Shown: in pieces, positions 33,584 to 46,900 of the stretch | Position numbering within the stretch: position 1 is the first letter of the stretch | Layout: each line of letters starts with the position of its first letter | DNA from: the human T2T-CHM13v2.0 reference genome, Homo sapiens | Length of the DNA stretch: 64,000 nucleotides | Assembly (NCBI RefSeq): GCF_009914755.1 | Contig: NC_060926.1 | Direction: 5' to 3' (one strand) | Translations under genes and position numbers: made by a program | The notes under the pieces: model-generated | Seen by the model: only the letters and a program-made list of their open reading frames with translations | Told to the model about the DNA's origin: nothing | Database searches by the model: none

Positions 33584-36517
33584 CCAGATTTATTCTGATA
33601 CCAAAACCAGACAACGATACAACAACAACAAAAAAGAAACTACAGGCCAGTATCTCTGATGAAAATAGATATAAAAATCTTCAACAAAACACAGCAAACC
33701 AAATTCAACAGCACATTAAAAAGATCATCATAATCAAGTGGGATTCATCCCAGGGATGTAAGGATGGTTCAACATATGTAAATCAATCAGTGTGATACAT
33801 GGTATCAACAGAATGAAGGACACAAAGTGTATTGTCATTTCAATAGATGCCAAAAAAATCTTTTTTGATAAAATTCAATATCCCTTCATAAAAACTCTCA
33901 GCAAACTGGGGACAGAAGGATCATCCCTCAACATGATAAAGCCATACACAACAAACCCACAGTTAGTATCAGACTGAATGGGGGAAAAACTGAAAGCCTT
34001 TATTCTAGGATCTAGAAGAAGGATGGGCACTTTCACCACTATTACTCAAGTTAGTAACAGAAGTCCTAGCCAGAGTAAACAGACAAGAGAATGAAATAAA
34101 GGGCATTTAAATTGGAAAGGAGTAAGTAAAATTATCATTGTTTGCAGCTCATGTGATCTTATACTAACCTAAAGACTCCAACAAACGACTATTAGAACTA
34201 ATAAATTCAGTAACATTGCAGAATACAAAATCAACACACAAAAATCCATAGAATTTCTCTATGCCAACAGTGACAACCTATCTGAAAAAGAAATCAAGAA
34301 GGTGATCCCATTTACAATAGCTACAAATAATATTAAATATCTAGAAATAAACTTAACCAACTACAATGCAAACTATCAAACATTGATGAAATTAATTGAA
34401 GAGGACACAAACAAATGAAAAGACATCCCATGCTCATGGGTTGAAAAAAATTGTATTGTTAAAATGACAATACTTCCCACAGCAATCTACAGATTCAAAG
34501 CCATCCCTATCAAGAGCAATGACATTCTTCACAGAAATAGAAAAAAAAAATCCTAAAATTGTATGGAAGCACAAAAGACCCCAAATAGCCAAAACAATCC
34601 TGACCAAAAAGAACAGAGCTGGTAACTGGTAGACTTACCACACTACCAAACCTCAAAATATACTACAACGCTATAGTAACCAAAATAGCACGATAGTGGC
34701 ATAAAAACAGACATGTAGAACAACAGAACAGAGAGTCCAGAAATTAATCTGTGTATTTAAAGCCAATTAGTTTTTTACTAAGGTGCCAAAAACACTCATT
34801 GGGAAAGGACAGTCTCTTCAATAAATGGTGTTGGGAAAACTGGATGCCCACATTCAGAACAACAAAAGTAGACCCCAACTCTTGCCATATACAAAAATCA
34901 AAGAAAAATGCATTAAAGACTTACATCTATGAAACTAATCAAGGAAACCATTAGGCAAAAACTCCAGGACATTGGTCTAGGCAAAGACTTCTTAAATAAG
35001 ACCTCAAAAACACAAGCAACTAAAGCAAGAAAATAAAATAAAATAACAACAAATGAGATCTCTCCAAGCCAAAAAGCTTCTGCACAGCAATGAAAACAAT
35101 AAAATGAAGATATAACATGTAGAATGGGAGAAAATATTTCAAACTAATATCTGACAAAGGATTAATAACCAGAATATATAAGAATCTCAAACGACTCAAT
35201 AGGAAAAAAAAATCTGATTTTAAAATGGGCAAAAGATCTGAGGAGACATTTCTCAAAAAGACATACAAATGGCAAACAGGCATATGAAAAAAATGTTCCA
35301 CATTATTAATAATCAGAGAAATACAAATCAAAACTATAATGAGGTATCAACTCACTCCAGTTAAAATGGCTTTTATCGAAAAGGCAGTCAATATCAGATG
35401 CTGGTGAGAATGTGGAGAAAGGGGAACCCTTGTACACTGTTGGTGGAAATGTAAACTGGCACAGTCACAACAGAGAACAGTATGGAGCTTCCTAAAAACA
35501 CAACAAATAGAACTATAATCCAGCAATCCCACTACTGTGTATATACCCAAGAGAAAGGAAATCAGTATATAAAAGGTATCTGTACTCCCATGTTAACTGC
35601 AGCACTATACACAATAGCCAGGATATGGAATCAACCTAACTGTCAATCAATGGATGGATAAAGAAATGTGGTACATATACACAATGGAATGTTATTCAGC
35701 CATAAAAAAAAAATGAAATCCTGTCATTTTCAACAATATGGATGTGACTGACATTATAAGGGAAATAAGCCAGGCATAGAAAGACAAGTATCACATGTTC
35801 TCACCCATATGTGGAAGCTTCAAAAAAATTGAAGTCATAGAGATAGTGAGTAAAAAGATGTTAGCAGAGGCTGGGAAGGGTAGTGTTGAGAGGAGAATCA
35901 AGAGGAGATGGTTAATGGGTAGAAAAATATAGTTAGATAGAAGGAATAAAATATAGTGTTCAGTAGCACAATATAGTAATTACAGCTAACAATAATTTAG
36001 TGTATGTTTTAGAACAATTAAATGAGTGGAAATGAAATGTCCCTAACACAAAGAAATGACAAATACTTGAGGTAATGGATATCCCAATTACCTGATTTGA
36101 TCATTACACATTGTATGCTTATATCAAATATCACATACTCCCCATTTTATGTATCCATAGTAATTAAAAATTAAAATTTTTAAATATATGAGTTAAGTTA
36201 AAAAAATTTTGGCTCAAAGCATAAATATATTAAAATCAAATCTCAGAAGTAAAAAAGAAAGACAATTAGGGTTTTATTTATGGTAGTGGCAGACAGGACC
36301 AACCTTTCTGCTGATGCCAACAAAAAAACTAAATAATGAATGAAATAAAGTAATGTGAAATTACTTACCAAATTCCATGTGAAGGTAAACCAGAAACAAA
36401 CCATACACCAAGTAACTTTTGTTCTGAGGACATTTTCCTGTCTAGAAGAAAAGGCTGAGAAAAAAGGCTGAGCTAATGGAAGATGTGCCGGTCTATGGTA
36501 AAAAAATCAAAGCACAA

Positions 36518-36675
36518 GGCCAGGTGTGGTGGCTCATGCCTGTAATCCTATCCTTTGACAGGCCAAGGCAGGAGGATAGCTTGAGCCCAGGAATTCAGGA
36601 TGATTGTGTGCAATACAGCGAGACCTCATTTAAAATAAAAATAAACACAAAAAATCAAAATCAAAAATAAAAATA
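36518..36675 (+). mobile_element. Alu monomer (FLAM/AluJ left arm)
   Basis: ggccaggtgtggtggctcatgcctgtaatcc followed by A-rich tail. Confidence 0.8.
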
Positions 36676-37071
36676 AAAGCACATTGCCTAACAAAGCTGG
36701 GGACTCAGATAAACTACCCAATTTATGTTCAGAGTTTAAGGACAACATCATTAGGATAAGAGGAAATTGAAGGAAAATAGAATTCATGATCTTAAAGTCT
36801 TCCTTAATGTCATGTGTATAACAGAAGGAATCCCAACTCTTGAACATGAATAGTGACTTGGGACTGAAAGCACTCCTAGAGACCTTTCCTAGAAAAATGT
36901 ACCTTCTTAAAAAAGATACTATTATTCTAGGACTCATATATTCCTATAATTTTTTAAATACAACTGGTACTCAAGGCACACAAGAAAAAAATATCATAAG
37001 CTAGCAGACACAGACTTAGAAAATTTAGAAACTGGAATTATCTTCAACAAACAACAAATGAACTATGAATA

Positions 37072-37381
37072 TAGTCGGCCCTTCATAGCCACAGATTCAC
37101 TCAACCAAGGATTAAAAATACATGTATATTTTTAAAAACACGACTATAAAAAATAATAGAAATTTTTAAAAAGCCATGACAGTATAACAATATTTACATA
37201 GCATCTACATTGTATTAGGTACCATAAGCAATCTAGAGATTATTTAAAATACGTGGGAGGATGTGTGTAGGCCGTATGCAAACATGATGGCATGTTATAT
37301 AAGGAATTTGAGCTGCCTGTGGATTGTGGTATCTGCACGGGGTTCTGAAACCAATTTCCAGCAGATACTAAGGAGCAACTA
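37072..37381 (+). mobile_element. Tigger3-type DNA transposon (second copy)
   Basis: Homologous to 2616-2916 (atttacatagcatctacattgtattagg...tctagagattatttaaa). Confidence 0.75.
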
Positions 37382-37763
37382 TACTAGGCCAATAAAAGCA
37401 AGATTGTAATTTTCAGCAGGTAACCAGAAACAGTAAGAATATCACCAATATCTTTAAAAAGATACTGATGCATTGATCTAATAATCTCGATGAATACAGG
37501 GCAAGATAAAGAATGCCACACGATGATTGAACATTTCCTCTACCCCCACAACCACACTTGACTAGGAGAAAAAAAAAAAAGAAGAAAAGAATTCCACACA
37601 AAAAGATTAGAGTGAAACAGCAGAAAAATTACAACCAAAAAAAGAAACAAACAAAAAAAAATTCTAAAAGAGAGATTTCCTTCAAAGCAGCATGAATTAT
37701 TAGGTTGGTACAAAATTAATTGTGGTTTTTGCATTGTTGGAATTTGCCATTTGATATTGGAAT

Positions 37764-38067
37764 TTTTTTTTTTTTTTTTTTTTTTTGAGATGGAGTCTCT
37801 CTCTGTTGCCCAGGCTGGGCTGCAGTGGCGCGATCTCGGCTCACTGCAAGCTCTGCCTCCAGGGTTCACACCATTCTCCTGCCTCAGCCTTCTGAGTAGC
37901 TGGGACTACAGGCACCCGCCACCACGCCTGGCTAATTTTTTGTATTTTTAGTAGAGACAGGGTCTCACCATGTTAGCCAGGATGGTATCGATCTCCTGAC
38001 CTCGTGATCCGCCCACCTCAGCCTCCCAAAGTGCTGGGATTACAGGTGTGAGCCACCACACCCGGCC
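37764..38067 (-). mobile_element. Alu (AluY-like) inside Hsmar1 5' region
   Basis: TSD tggaat at 37758-37763 and 38068-38073. Confidence 0.95.
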
Positions 38068-38181
38068 TGGAATACATTCTTAAATAAATGTGGTTATGTT
38101 ATATGTCATTTTAATGGGCATTTCTTGCTTTTTTTTTTTGGCTAATGACTTATTACTTGCTGTTTATATTTATTTTGGACT

Positions 38182-39218
38182 ATGGAAATGATGCTAGACA
38201 AAAAGCAAAGTTGAGTGATTTTCTTATTTAAGTTCAAAGTGGGTCGTAAAACAGCAGAGACAACTTGCAATATCAACAATGCATTTGGCCCAGGAACTGC
38301 TAATGAACGTACAGTGCAGTGGTGGTTCAAGAAGTTTTGCAAAAGATACCAGAGCCTTGAGGATGAGGAGTGTAGTGGCAGGCCACTGGAAGTTGACAAC
38401 AACCAATTGAGAGCAATCATTGAAGCAGATTGATCCTCTTACAATTACATGAGAAGTTGCTGAAGAACTCAACGTAAGAACTCAACGTCAACCATTCCAC
38501 AGTTGTTCAGTATTTGAAGCAAATTGAAAAGGTGAAAAAGCTCGATAAGTGGGTGCCTCACCAGCTGAGCAAAAATTTAAAAAAACACCGTTTTGAAGTG
38601 TTGTCTTCTCTTATTCTCCACAACAACGAACCATTTCTCAATCGGACTGTGAGGTGCAACAAAAACTAGATTTTATATGACAAGCAATGACCAGCTCAGT
38701 GGCTGGACCGCGAAGAAGCTCCAAAGCACTTCCCAAAGCCAAACTTGCACCAAAAAAGGCCATGGTAACTGTTTGCTGGTCTGCTGCCGGTCTGATCCAC
38801 TACAGCTTTCTGAATCCTGGAGAAACCATTACATCTGAGAAGTATGCTCAGCAAATCAATGAGATGCACTTAAAACTGTGATGCCTGCAGCCAGCATGGG
38901 TCAACAGAAAGGGCCCAATTCTCCACAGTAACACCCAACCGCACACTGCACAACCAACACTTCAAAAGTTGAACGAACTGGGCTACAAAGTTTTGCCTCA
39001 TCTGCCATATTCACCTGACCTCTCAACTGACTACCACTCCTTCAAGCATCTCTACAACTTTTTTCAGGGAAAATGCTTCCACAACCAGCAGGATGCAGGA
39101 AAAAGCTTTCCAAGAGTTTGTGGAATCCTGAAGCATGGATTTTTACATTACAGGAAAAAACAAACTTATTTCTTGTCGGCAAAAATGTGTTGATTGTAAT
39201 GACCTATTTTAATTAATA
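38182..39218 (+). pseudogene. Hsmar1 transposase pseudogene
   Basis: Starts MEMMLDKKQ then an early TGA; several frameshifts (ORF pieces 38215-38433, 38687-38881, 38969-39193). Confidence 0.9.
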
Positions 39219-39589
39219 AAGATATGTTAGAGCCTCGTTATAATGATTTAAAATTCGCTGTCCCAAACCACAATTTCTTTTGTACCAACCTAATGCATTG
39301 ACAGCTGATTTCTCAAAATCAATAATGAAAACCAAAAACAGTGAAATGTTATCTTCAAGGTACAAGTAAAACAACCACAAATCTGTAATATCCCCCAAAA
39401 CATTCTTCAAGATTGAAGGCAAAACAAAAAATTAAGACAAAGCAAAAAAATTAAGAGAACTGACCATCAGAATGTCTGCATTATGAAACTTCTACTGAGT
39501 GTGCTAAAGTAAAAGTTAAAAGATTCCAAAAGAAAAGTCAGAGACGCAGGAAGAAATTAAGACATGGTAAACACATAGGAACATCTAGC

Positions 39590-40365
<776 letters not shown>

Positions 40366-40539
40366 AGCATAGAACTTGTTATCTGGAGTTTAAACTACGT
40401 ATACAATTCAAAGAACAATGACAGCCTATAAGACCTACATGAAGATAAAAGTTGCCATCCCAGAAGAGAGTAATGCTCCAAGCACAGAGAAGATATTGGC
40501 CATACTGCTAGAAATCCCTGAGTAAAACAGACAACCCAA

Positions 40540-41440
40540 TTAAAACAAAAAACAAACAAACAAAAAAACCTCCCAAAAAGATTTAAAAAGACAATGCACA
40601 AAAGATTTAAGAATTAAAAAGACAATTCTAGAAAGAGGAAATTCAAATAGCCGGTAAGTTTTTGAAAAAGTGCTCAAACTCTTTAGTGTCCTGGGCAGAA
40701 TAAATTAAAACAACAATAAGATAAAGCCACATTCATCAAGTTGGGAAAAAGGAAAAATAACTCTTGGTGAGACAGTAAAAGTAAAGGGATCTACCATATA
40801 CTGCTGTCGGGGTATACATTGATGTATCTACTTTGGAAAAGGCATAACTAGTGAAGTTGAAGATAAACATACGTACTCTACAAAAACCCATGGTAATGTA
40901 CATTAAGAATACATGTACAAGAACATTCATAATAGCATTGTTCATAACTACTAAAAACGGAACACAATCCAAATGTTTATTAATATTAGACTAAACTGTG
41001 GCTCATTTCCATTAAGACTTTTTATACTATACTTATTATACTATAGATTACTACAATCCAATATAAGAACTAGAGCTAAATGTACTAATAGAGTTATATC
41101 CCAGCTGCATGAGAGAAAAAGATACATAATGATATGTAATATATAATCCACTTACATACAATTAAGAAACAGGCAAAACGAACCTAAATTGCTTAGGAAT
41201 GCTGACATAGGTGGTTAAGAAATACTAAGAAAGAAAGCAGTAAATGATTGCCATAAAAATCAGTATAGTGTTAACCACTGAAAAGAATTGAGGAAAGGGA
41301 TGATCAGGAATAGAATGGAGAGGGGAGCTTCTCAGGTGCCACAGACGTTCTAGTTCTTGACTGTGGCAGCGCTTACATAGAGTTCACACTTTATAGTTTT
41401 TCATTATACTATGTATCGATGTTTGTATGCTTAAATACTA
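40540..41440 (+). mobile_element. Decayed L1ME-like 3' fragments
   Basis: gaacattcataatagcattgttcataac...caatccaaatgt and aaacaggcaaaac motifs. Confidence 0.6.
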
Positions 41441-41530
41441 AATGTATGGAAAAAGACACAAAATATTTAAAATTGTAGCTAAGGCACATTAACTGCCTTG
41501 CTGGTATTTTTTTTTTTCATTACAAAGTGG

Positions 41531-41580
41531 CAGACAATTGGTTACACTATAAAGACAGACAATTGGTTACACTACAAAGA
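41531..41580. repeat. 25-bp tandem duplication
   Basis: cagacaattggttacacta(t/c)aaaga twice. Confidence 0.9.
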
Positions 41581-41757
41581 AAATTTTAAAGCACAGGAGT
41601 CTAGTTTTGATTCCATCGGACATGATTACCGTACACAATACAGAAGATACTAAGGGCTAAGCAATGATGCATAAACGGGGTCCACTGCCCAAACTTACAG
41701 AAAGCAAAACGTGGAAAATTAGTAACTTTAACTGATAGTGTACACCTAAAGAACCTA

Positions 41758-42064
<307 letters not shown>

Positions 42065-42879
42065 GAACCCACCCAACAGAATTAAGTACCAACATAATAA
42101 ATACGAAGAATTTTAGATTCTTGGTTTTTAAAAAACATACAAAGATGATATTCCTTCAAAATATCTTTACAAAACATATTGAGACTGTGATGCTTTATAT
42201 TGATTGTATGAAAACAATGAAAAAGAACCAGCACTGTTTCACTATAAAAGCTTTACTAATGTAAATTTATAAATCCTTTCTTAAATATTTTGAGTTAATT
42301 CTAATTTTATGATAGAAATTCATTATTTTCAGCAAAAACAGCTGGCATTTGGGAAACCAAAGGCTCAAAAACTAAGAATAGTAACCAAAGAAACTTGACA
42401 AAACAGTCCTTTTAAAACTCTCATCTACACTATAAGGGGAAACTTTGATCACGTCCCTTCTCCTTCATCAATCGTAGAACTCAACATTAAGGACTACACA
42501 ATCCCACATCCCTCTCCGAGAAAAAGCAAAGGCTTTGTGTTGTAGCAACAACGCAAGACATGGAGGGAAGCTCCACTCAAGACTTCCCTGCCTGCTCCTT
42601 CCCCAAAGCCACTCCAGAATACCAGGGAGGGTTGAGAGGTAAGGCATGAAGGGCGCAATATCCAATATGAGCAACGCGTGTGATGCATCTGGTCAAAATG
42701 CATACAGAGGACTTGTCTCTGTCCCTAGATAGAAGTCCTCCGTCCTGCAGTCATGAGGGTCAATTGCTGAGGCTTCACAGTTCCCTTCTCTCTTACACTC
42801 GGACCGTCACGCTCCTCACCTACTACCCCGATGCAGAGGTAGACTCAGGATCCCTGCACTTGTCAAGGATTCCTCGGCA

Positions 42880-43510
42880 AGCTCACGGGGCGGGAGTGGC
42901 CACAAGACGGAGCTCGCCTGGTCCTGGCCTTCCCGGCCTATACAAGCCTGCCCCCTTCCCAATTCCCAATCTCCACAGCCTTCCATCCTCCCACTTTCGA
43001 TTCACCTTGCGCCACCGACGCCCCTGGCCTTCGTTTGCAGCAAGTTTACCCCCACCATTACCTCTCGCATAAAAGCCTGCATTTACCAGGTCAAAGAGGG
43101 GAACCAACGCCTGCAGGAATCGCTTCACCGAATCGCCTGGCCGCGTCCTCTGCTAGACTTCACCTGCCGCTGCGGACCGTACACAACCACTCCCGGCATG
43201 CCCCGCGCACGCACTACCTCTCCCACCCCGCCCCTCTCCCGCCCAAACACGTGACCTCCTTTCGTCTCCGTCCACGCCCACTTCCGTTCCTCCACTTTCC
43301 CTTAGGAAGGAGGAGGGAGCTGGGGGTGTTAAAAGCGTAGCGACTTCCTCCTCCTCCCCGCCCCCGCTCCTGTACCTCCCGCTACAATGTCTTCCGGGTC
43401 GCTAGCGCCTCGACGCCTTCTGGGAAAATAGCTCATTTCCTCCCCTCCCCCTCCTCCTGCCTTCAACCAACCAGCCACCCGTCAGAGAGGGACATGCGCA
43501 GTGAGTGCCT
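42880..43510. promoter_or_regulatory. CpG-rich bidirectional promoter
   Basis: CpG-dense; GC boxes ccccgccc (43226, ~43357), E2F-like ctcccgcccaaa (~43236-43247), E-box cacgtgac (43248-43255), ETS-like cacttccg (~43280) and cttccgg (43391), NRF1-like catgcgca (43493); divergent splice donors on either side. Confidence 0.85.
43087..43200 (-). other. ORC4: Non-coding first exon of a minus-strand gene, probably ORC4 (TSS approximate)
   Basis: Minus-strand GGGAGTGGTTGTGTACGGTCCGCAG...CCCCTCTTTGACCTG|GTAAAT donor at the edge of the CpG island; matches my recall of the ORC4 mRNA leader and its head-to-head layout with MBD5. No coding exon in the window. Confidence 0.72.
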
Positions 43511-43577
43511 CCCGTCTCTTCTACCCGAACCCCCCCTCCCCCCCAAGCAGAGAGACCCCAGCAGCAGCAGCAGCTGA
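43494..43577 (+). other. Candidate uORF, 27 aa (MRSECLPSLLPEPPLPPKQRDPSSSSS)
   Basis: ATG 43494 to TGA 43575-43577; only present if the TSS lies upstream of 43494. Confidence 0.35.
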
Positions 43578-43669
43578 TGATGAAGAGAGAGGCAGTGGCA
43601 GAGGGGGGGCACCTTTTATTTCTATTTTTAAAGGGACAGGACACTAATTCTACCCCACTTCAACCTTGA
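43577..43669 (+). other. Candidate uORF, 30 aa (MMKREAVAEGGHLLFLFLKGQDTNSTPLQP)
   Basis: Tandem ATGATG overlapping the previous stop (TGATG); TGA at 43667-43669. Confidence 0.4.
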
Positions 43670-43904
43670 ATTCAGGGGGGTGGGGGGAAGGCGGCTGAGT
43701 TCCTTCCCCCACCCTCCAGCCCTGAGCCCTGAGAGGGGGATTGAGCCTGAGAGAGGAGAAGGAGTTTCTTCTTCTTCGAAAACCCCCATCCACGACTCCT
43801 ACCCCCTCACCCCTCCAACTCGCCTCCCTCCCTCCACCCTCCTCCTCTTTGGCCGTGAGAGGAGGAGAGAAAGAAACCAAAAGCCTCTTAGCAACACAGA
43901 CCCT

Positions 43905-43914
43905 TTGCTGCTGC

Positions 43915-43951
<37 letters not shown>

Positions 43952-43979
43952 ACTGCTGCTGCTGCTACTGCTGCTGCTT
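43905..43979 (+). repeat. Interrupted trinucleotide repeat TTG(CTG)3TTG(CTG)5TTG(CTG)4CTA(CTG)4CTA(CTG)3CTT
   Basis: Direct reading, 25 triplets. Confidence 0.97.
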
Positions 43980-46900
43980 GGCCCTGGCTGGAGACATCTC
44001 ACTACACCCAGGAGCAGCCACTTCCCCAGCTCTCCTCCTCCTCCTTCGCCTCCTCCTCCTCCACTCCCCCCCTTTATTACCCTTTGTGTCATCCTCCACA
44101 GCTCCAGGGAAGGCACTCAAAAGTGGGGGGCAGGAAAGGTAAGTGTGTCTGTGGGGGCTTCATTGCCTTCCTCTGGCTCTGACTTTCACTCCGGGGCAAC
44201 AGTAGCACCAAACCACATACGCAGTGGAGCTCCGGGGTGAGGAGGGGGTGGTGCTGGGGGGGGTGAAGGAGGGGTTGGAGTAGGGAGGGGTGTGTGAGGT
44301 GGGGTGCCCATCCTGTCAGGGGAGGAAGGGCACTTTTATTTTTATTTGCTGTTGTCAAAAGTGGTTTCTCTCCTCCATCTAACATCTGATTGTGTCTTGC
44401 TCCAGTGGGGGAGAATACAAAAACAACCCCCTCCTTCCTCCAATGAGGCGCCAGGGAAAGAGACAGAAAGAGGCACACTTTCTAGATGTCACTTAAAAAA
44501 AATTCATTGGAGAGCTCTTTTTCTCCAGGAAAAGCTCCACTGCATTTGTTTCTGAGTGGGAAAATGTCGGGATCTGGATTGTATTGGAACTGCTTATCCA
44601 TTTGTAGACCTGAGTGTTTTCCCCTTTTTGGTCCTGTATGAGATTTGGATATTGACTTCAGTGTTGGAAGACTTGATTGGTTTTTGCTTTAAGGGTTTCA
44701 TTTTCCATTTTTTCGTTTTGTCTGACTTCCATGGAAAATTTCAAATTTTTAGTTGGTAGAGGCCTTTGGTTAGGTTTTGACTTGCATTATTGCTTTTTTT
44801 TTGGTTAAATGTCTGTTTCATATATCAGTATATAAAGTCCAAAGCTCTAAAATGCTTAAAGTTTAAATGCCACTGCTATTGTCTGTTCCCACATACGTTC
44901 CTGATACTTATTTTCCATATGATGAGAATATTAGCTATTTTATAATTAATCTGGGTATATTTGTAATCTTTGTAACTTGTCTGAACAAGTAATCCCCATT
45001 GAAAACTTTATGTTGTTCTGGCTGCATGGAAGGCCAAACCTCTCCATCAATAGTTTGCTGGATTGGTACCACTTTCAGTTTTAGCTGAATTATTTATTTA
45101 CTGTTGTAAATTGAGATGAGTTTTTCATCTCAATTTCTCTTGGGGTTCTGAACCAAATTGCCCACTGTATGTAAAAGTACACAAATTTCTAAAATATGTT
45201 TTCATGAGTCAAAGAAATCATGAACTTATAGTTAGTATATTAATTTCAGTTAGCTATAAATTGAAAGGTAAATCCAGATTTAAGTTTATGGAATAACAAT
45301 ATTGATAAAAATCACTTCATTTTTGTATAATGTGTTCTTAGTGCATAGCTTTAAAATTCAGTGCTGTATTTTATTTCACAAATGTTAGAAAGTATGTTTC
45401 TGATGTAGGCCTTTTACTAGGGCTTATATTGGAAAGTGTTATTTTGTTTCATATATACATTTCTTTATTCTTTCCTTGAAGATGGATGCACACATGCATA
45501 TACACACACTCTCTTTCGCTCGCTCTCTCTCCCTCACACCCTTTTTTTTTTTTTTGTAACTGCATTGGTATCTCTGATCCCATAATTTATGTCAGCAAAA
45601 AATATTCTTCTGTAAAGCAGCAATTTTGTGATCAGACTGGCAATATGAAAACAGCAATTTGATCAACTAGAAAGGATTGAAGAAATATAAATCTAGAAGG
45701 ATATTTGGCAAAAATATTATAAAGACATGATAATACTTCTAATTTTTTATTTTCTTGATGGTTAAAGCTAAAACATATATTTTAGTGACAGTGAAGCATT
45801 GCATATGTAGAAACTTGTTCTGTAAAATTTTAATTATCAACTGTGTGCAAAAGTAGACATTTACATACCGAAATAAAAAAGCTTTATAGCAGTAAACAAT
45901 ATGATCTTATTTCCCTTCTGTTATAAATTTGAACAATTTTTTACCTTTCTCTGAGATGTAATTAGTGCACTTAAGCAGAAATCTGTGCCAAGTTCAAGTT
46001 TTTCTCCCAACATCAATACTGCCATTCCAAGTCCTTGTAAGGTTTCTTGTTCTCACCTTAAAACCTCAGCAACTTTAAAGGTAAGAGAGAGACAGTAGAA
46101 CTTACTGAAGAAATTAATTTTAGGTAAGGGAATTATGTAGATAATTGGGGTGGTAGTTGCCCAGTAGGCAGCTGAGTAAAAATTTAGTCTTGAGTTTAAT
46201 GTCTTTCCTTATTTTGTTTCTTTTTTTTTTTTAAACATTTTTTTATCACACCCCTCACCCTCACCCCCATGATCCTTTATGGTTAGAAGATTGCAGACTT
46301 TATCTAAGTTGGATAATGATTTATGTTTAGAAAACCTTTTTAAGTATTAAGAACCATTGATACTTTAGGATTGTAATTGTTCAACTGGGTGGTATCTTGG
46401 AGGTCACTTTATCCAACTCTACCTATTGCTGAAGTTCTAAGAACTTGAACTTGCCTGAGGTTCCAAGGCCTGGAAGTGACAGAGCAGGGACCAGGGAACT
46501 CAGGTCTCCTGATGCTCACTATGCTGCACTACCTCATTTCCTTTGTCAGAAATGAAACTATTATGTACAGTTCTGGGTATACCACTTGAGGGTTTCATAT
46601 GGGAGCATGTTATTGTAAGAATATTAAGGTAAATGGCTTTAAAGCTATTATTTTGTCTACTTAAATTTAGTAATTTGTTAATTTTTTAAAGTACTAATTG
46701 CACTTATTGTAGGTTATTACTATTTTGAAAATAATTTCAGCTTTCTCTAATACTTATTTTCCTCCTGCACTTACAATTAATCAGTAAATATACTTACTGT
46801 TGTATTAAGGGCCCATACTTATAAGAATAAATGGAATGCATATTCTCTTATAAATGCTTACTTGTGAGTCTTGCCCTATGAACTGCCTAAAAACAAACAT

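Larger units (their letters stand above)
28028..36180 (+). mobile_element. Near-full-length old L1 (L1MA3/4-like) with 5' UTR, ORF1, ORF2, 3' UTR; hosts Alu, MADE1, LTR10, Alu
   Basis: 5' gaggcagaacaagat start, ORF1-like 29700-30650, ORF2 start ILNVNGLNS at ~31770, L1MA-like 3' end at 36050-36180. Confidence 0.88.
37700..39293 (+). mobile_element. Hsmar1 mariner transposon, near full length, with Alu insertion
   Basis: TIRs ttaggttggtacaaaa / ttttgtaccaacctaa; left TA; transposase motifs NINNAFGPGTANERTVQWWFKKF, WVPH, HLPYSPDL. Confidence 0.95.
43465..44138 (+). other. MBD5: Non-coding first exon (5' UTR) of a plus-strand gene, probably MBD5 (TSS approximate)
   Basis: Perfect donor AAG|GTAAGT at 44138/44139 followed by a long AT-rich intron; identity from recall of the ORC4/MBD5 locus. 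Confidence 0.72.

Noticed and set aside
42680-43644. 80-130 aa ORFs over the CpG island
   Set aside because: Expected from high GC content; no recognisable domains.
43741-44142. PolyCys (plus) and polySer (minus) ORFs as genes
   Set aside because: Low-complexity repeat read-through with non-synonymous interruptions; only relevant under the RAN-translation hypothesis.
45950-46086. Strong plus-strand donor AAG|GTAAGA at 46080
   Set aside because: No unambiguous acceptor; such motifs occur by chance in long introns.
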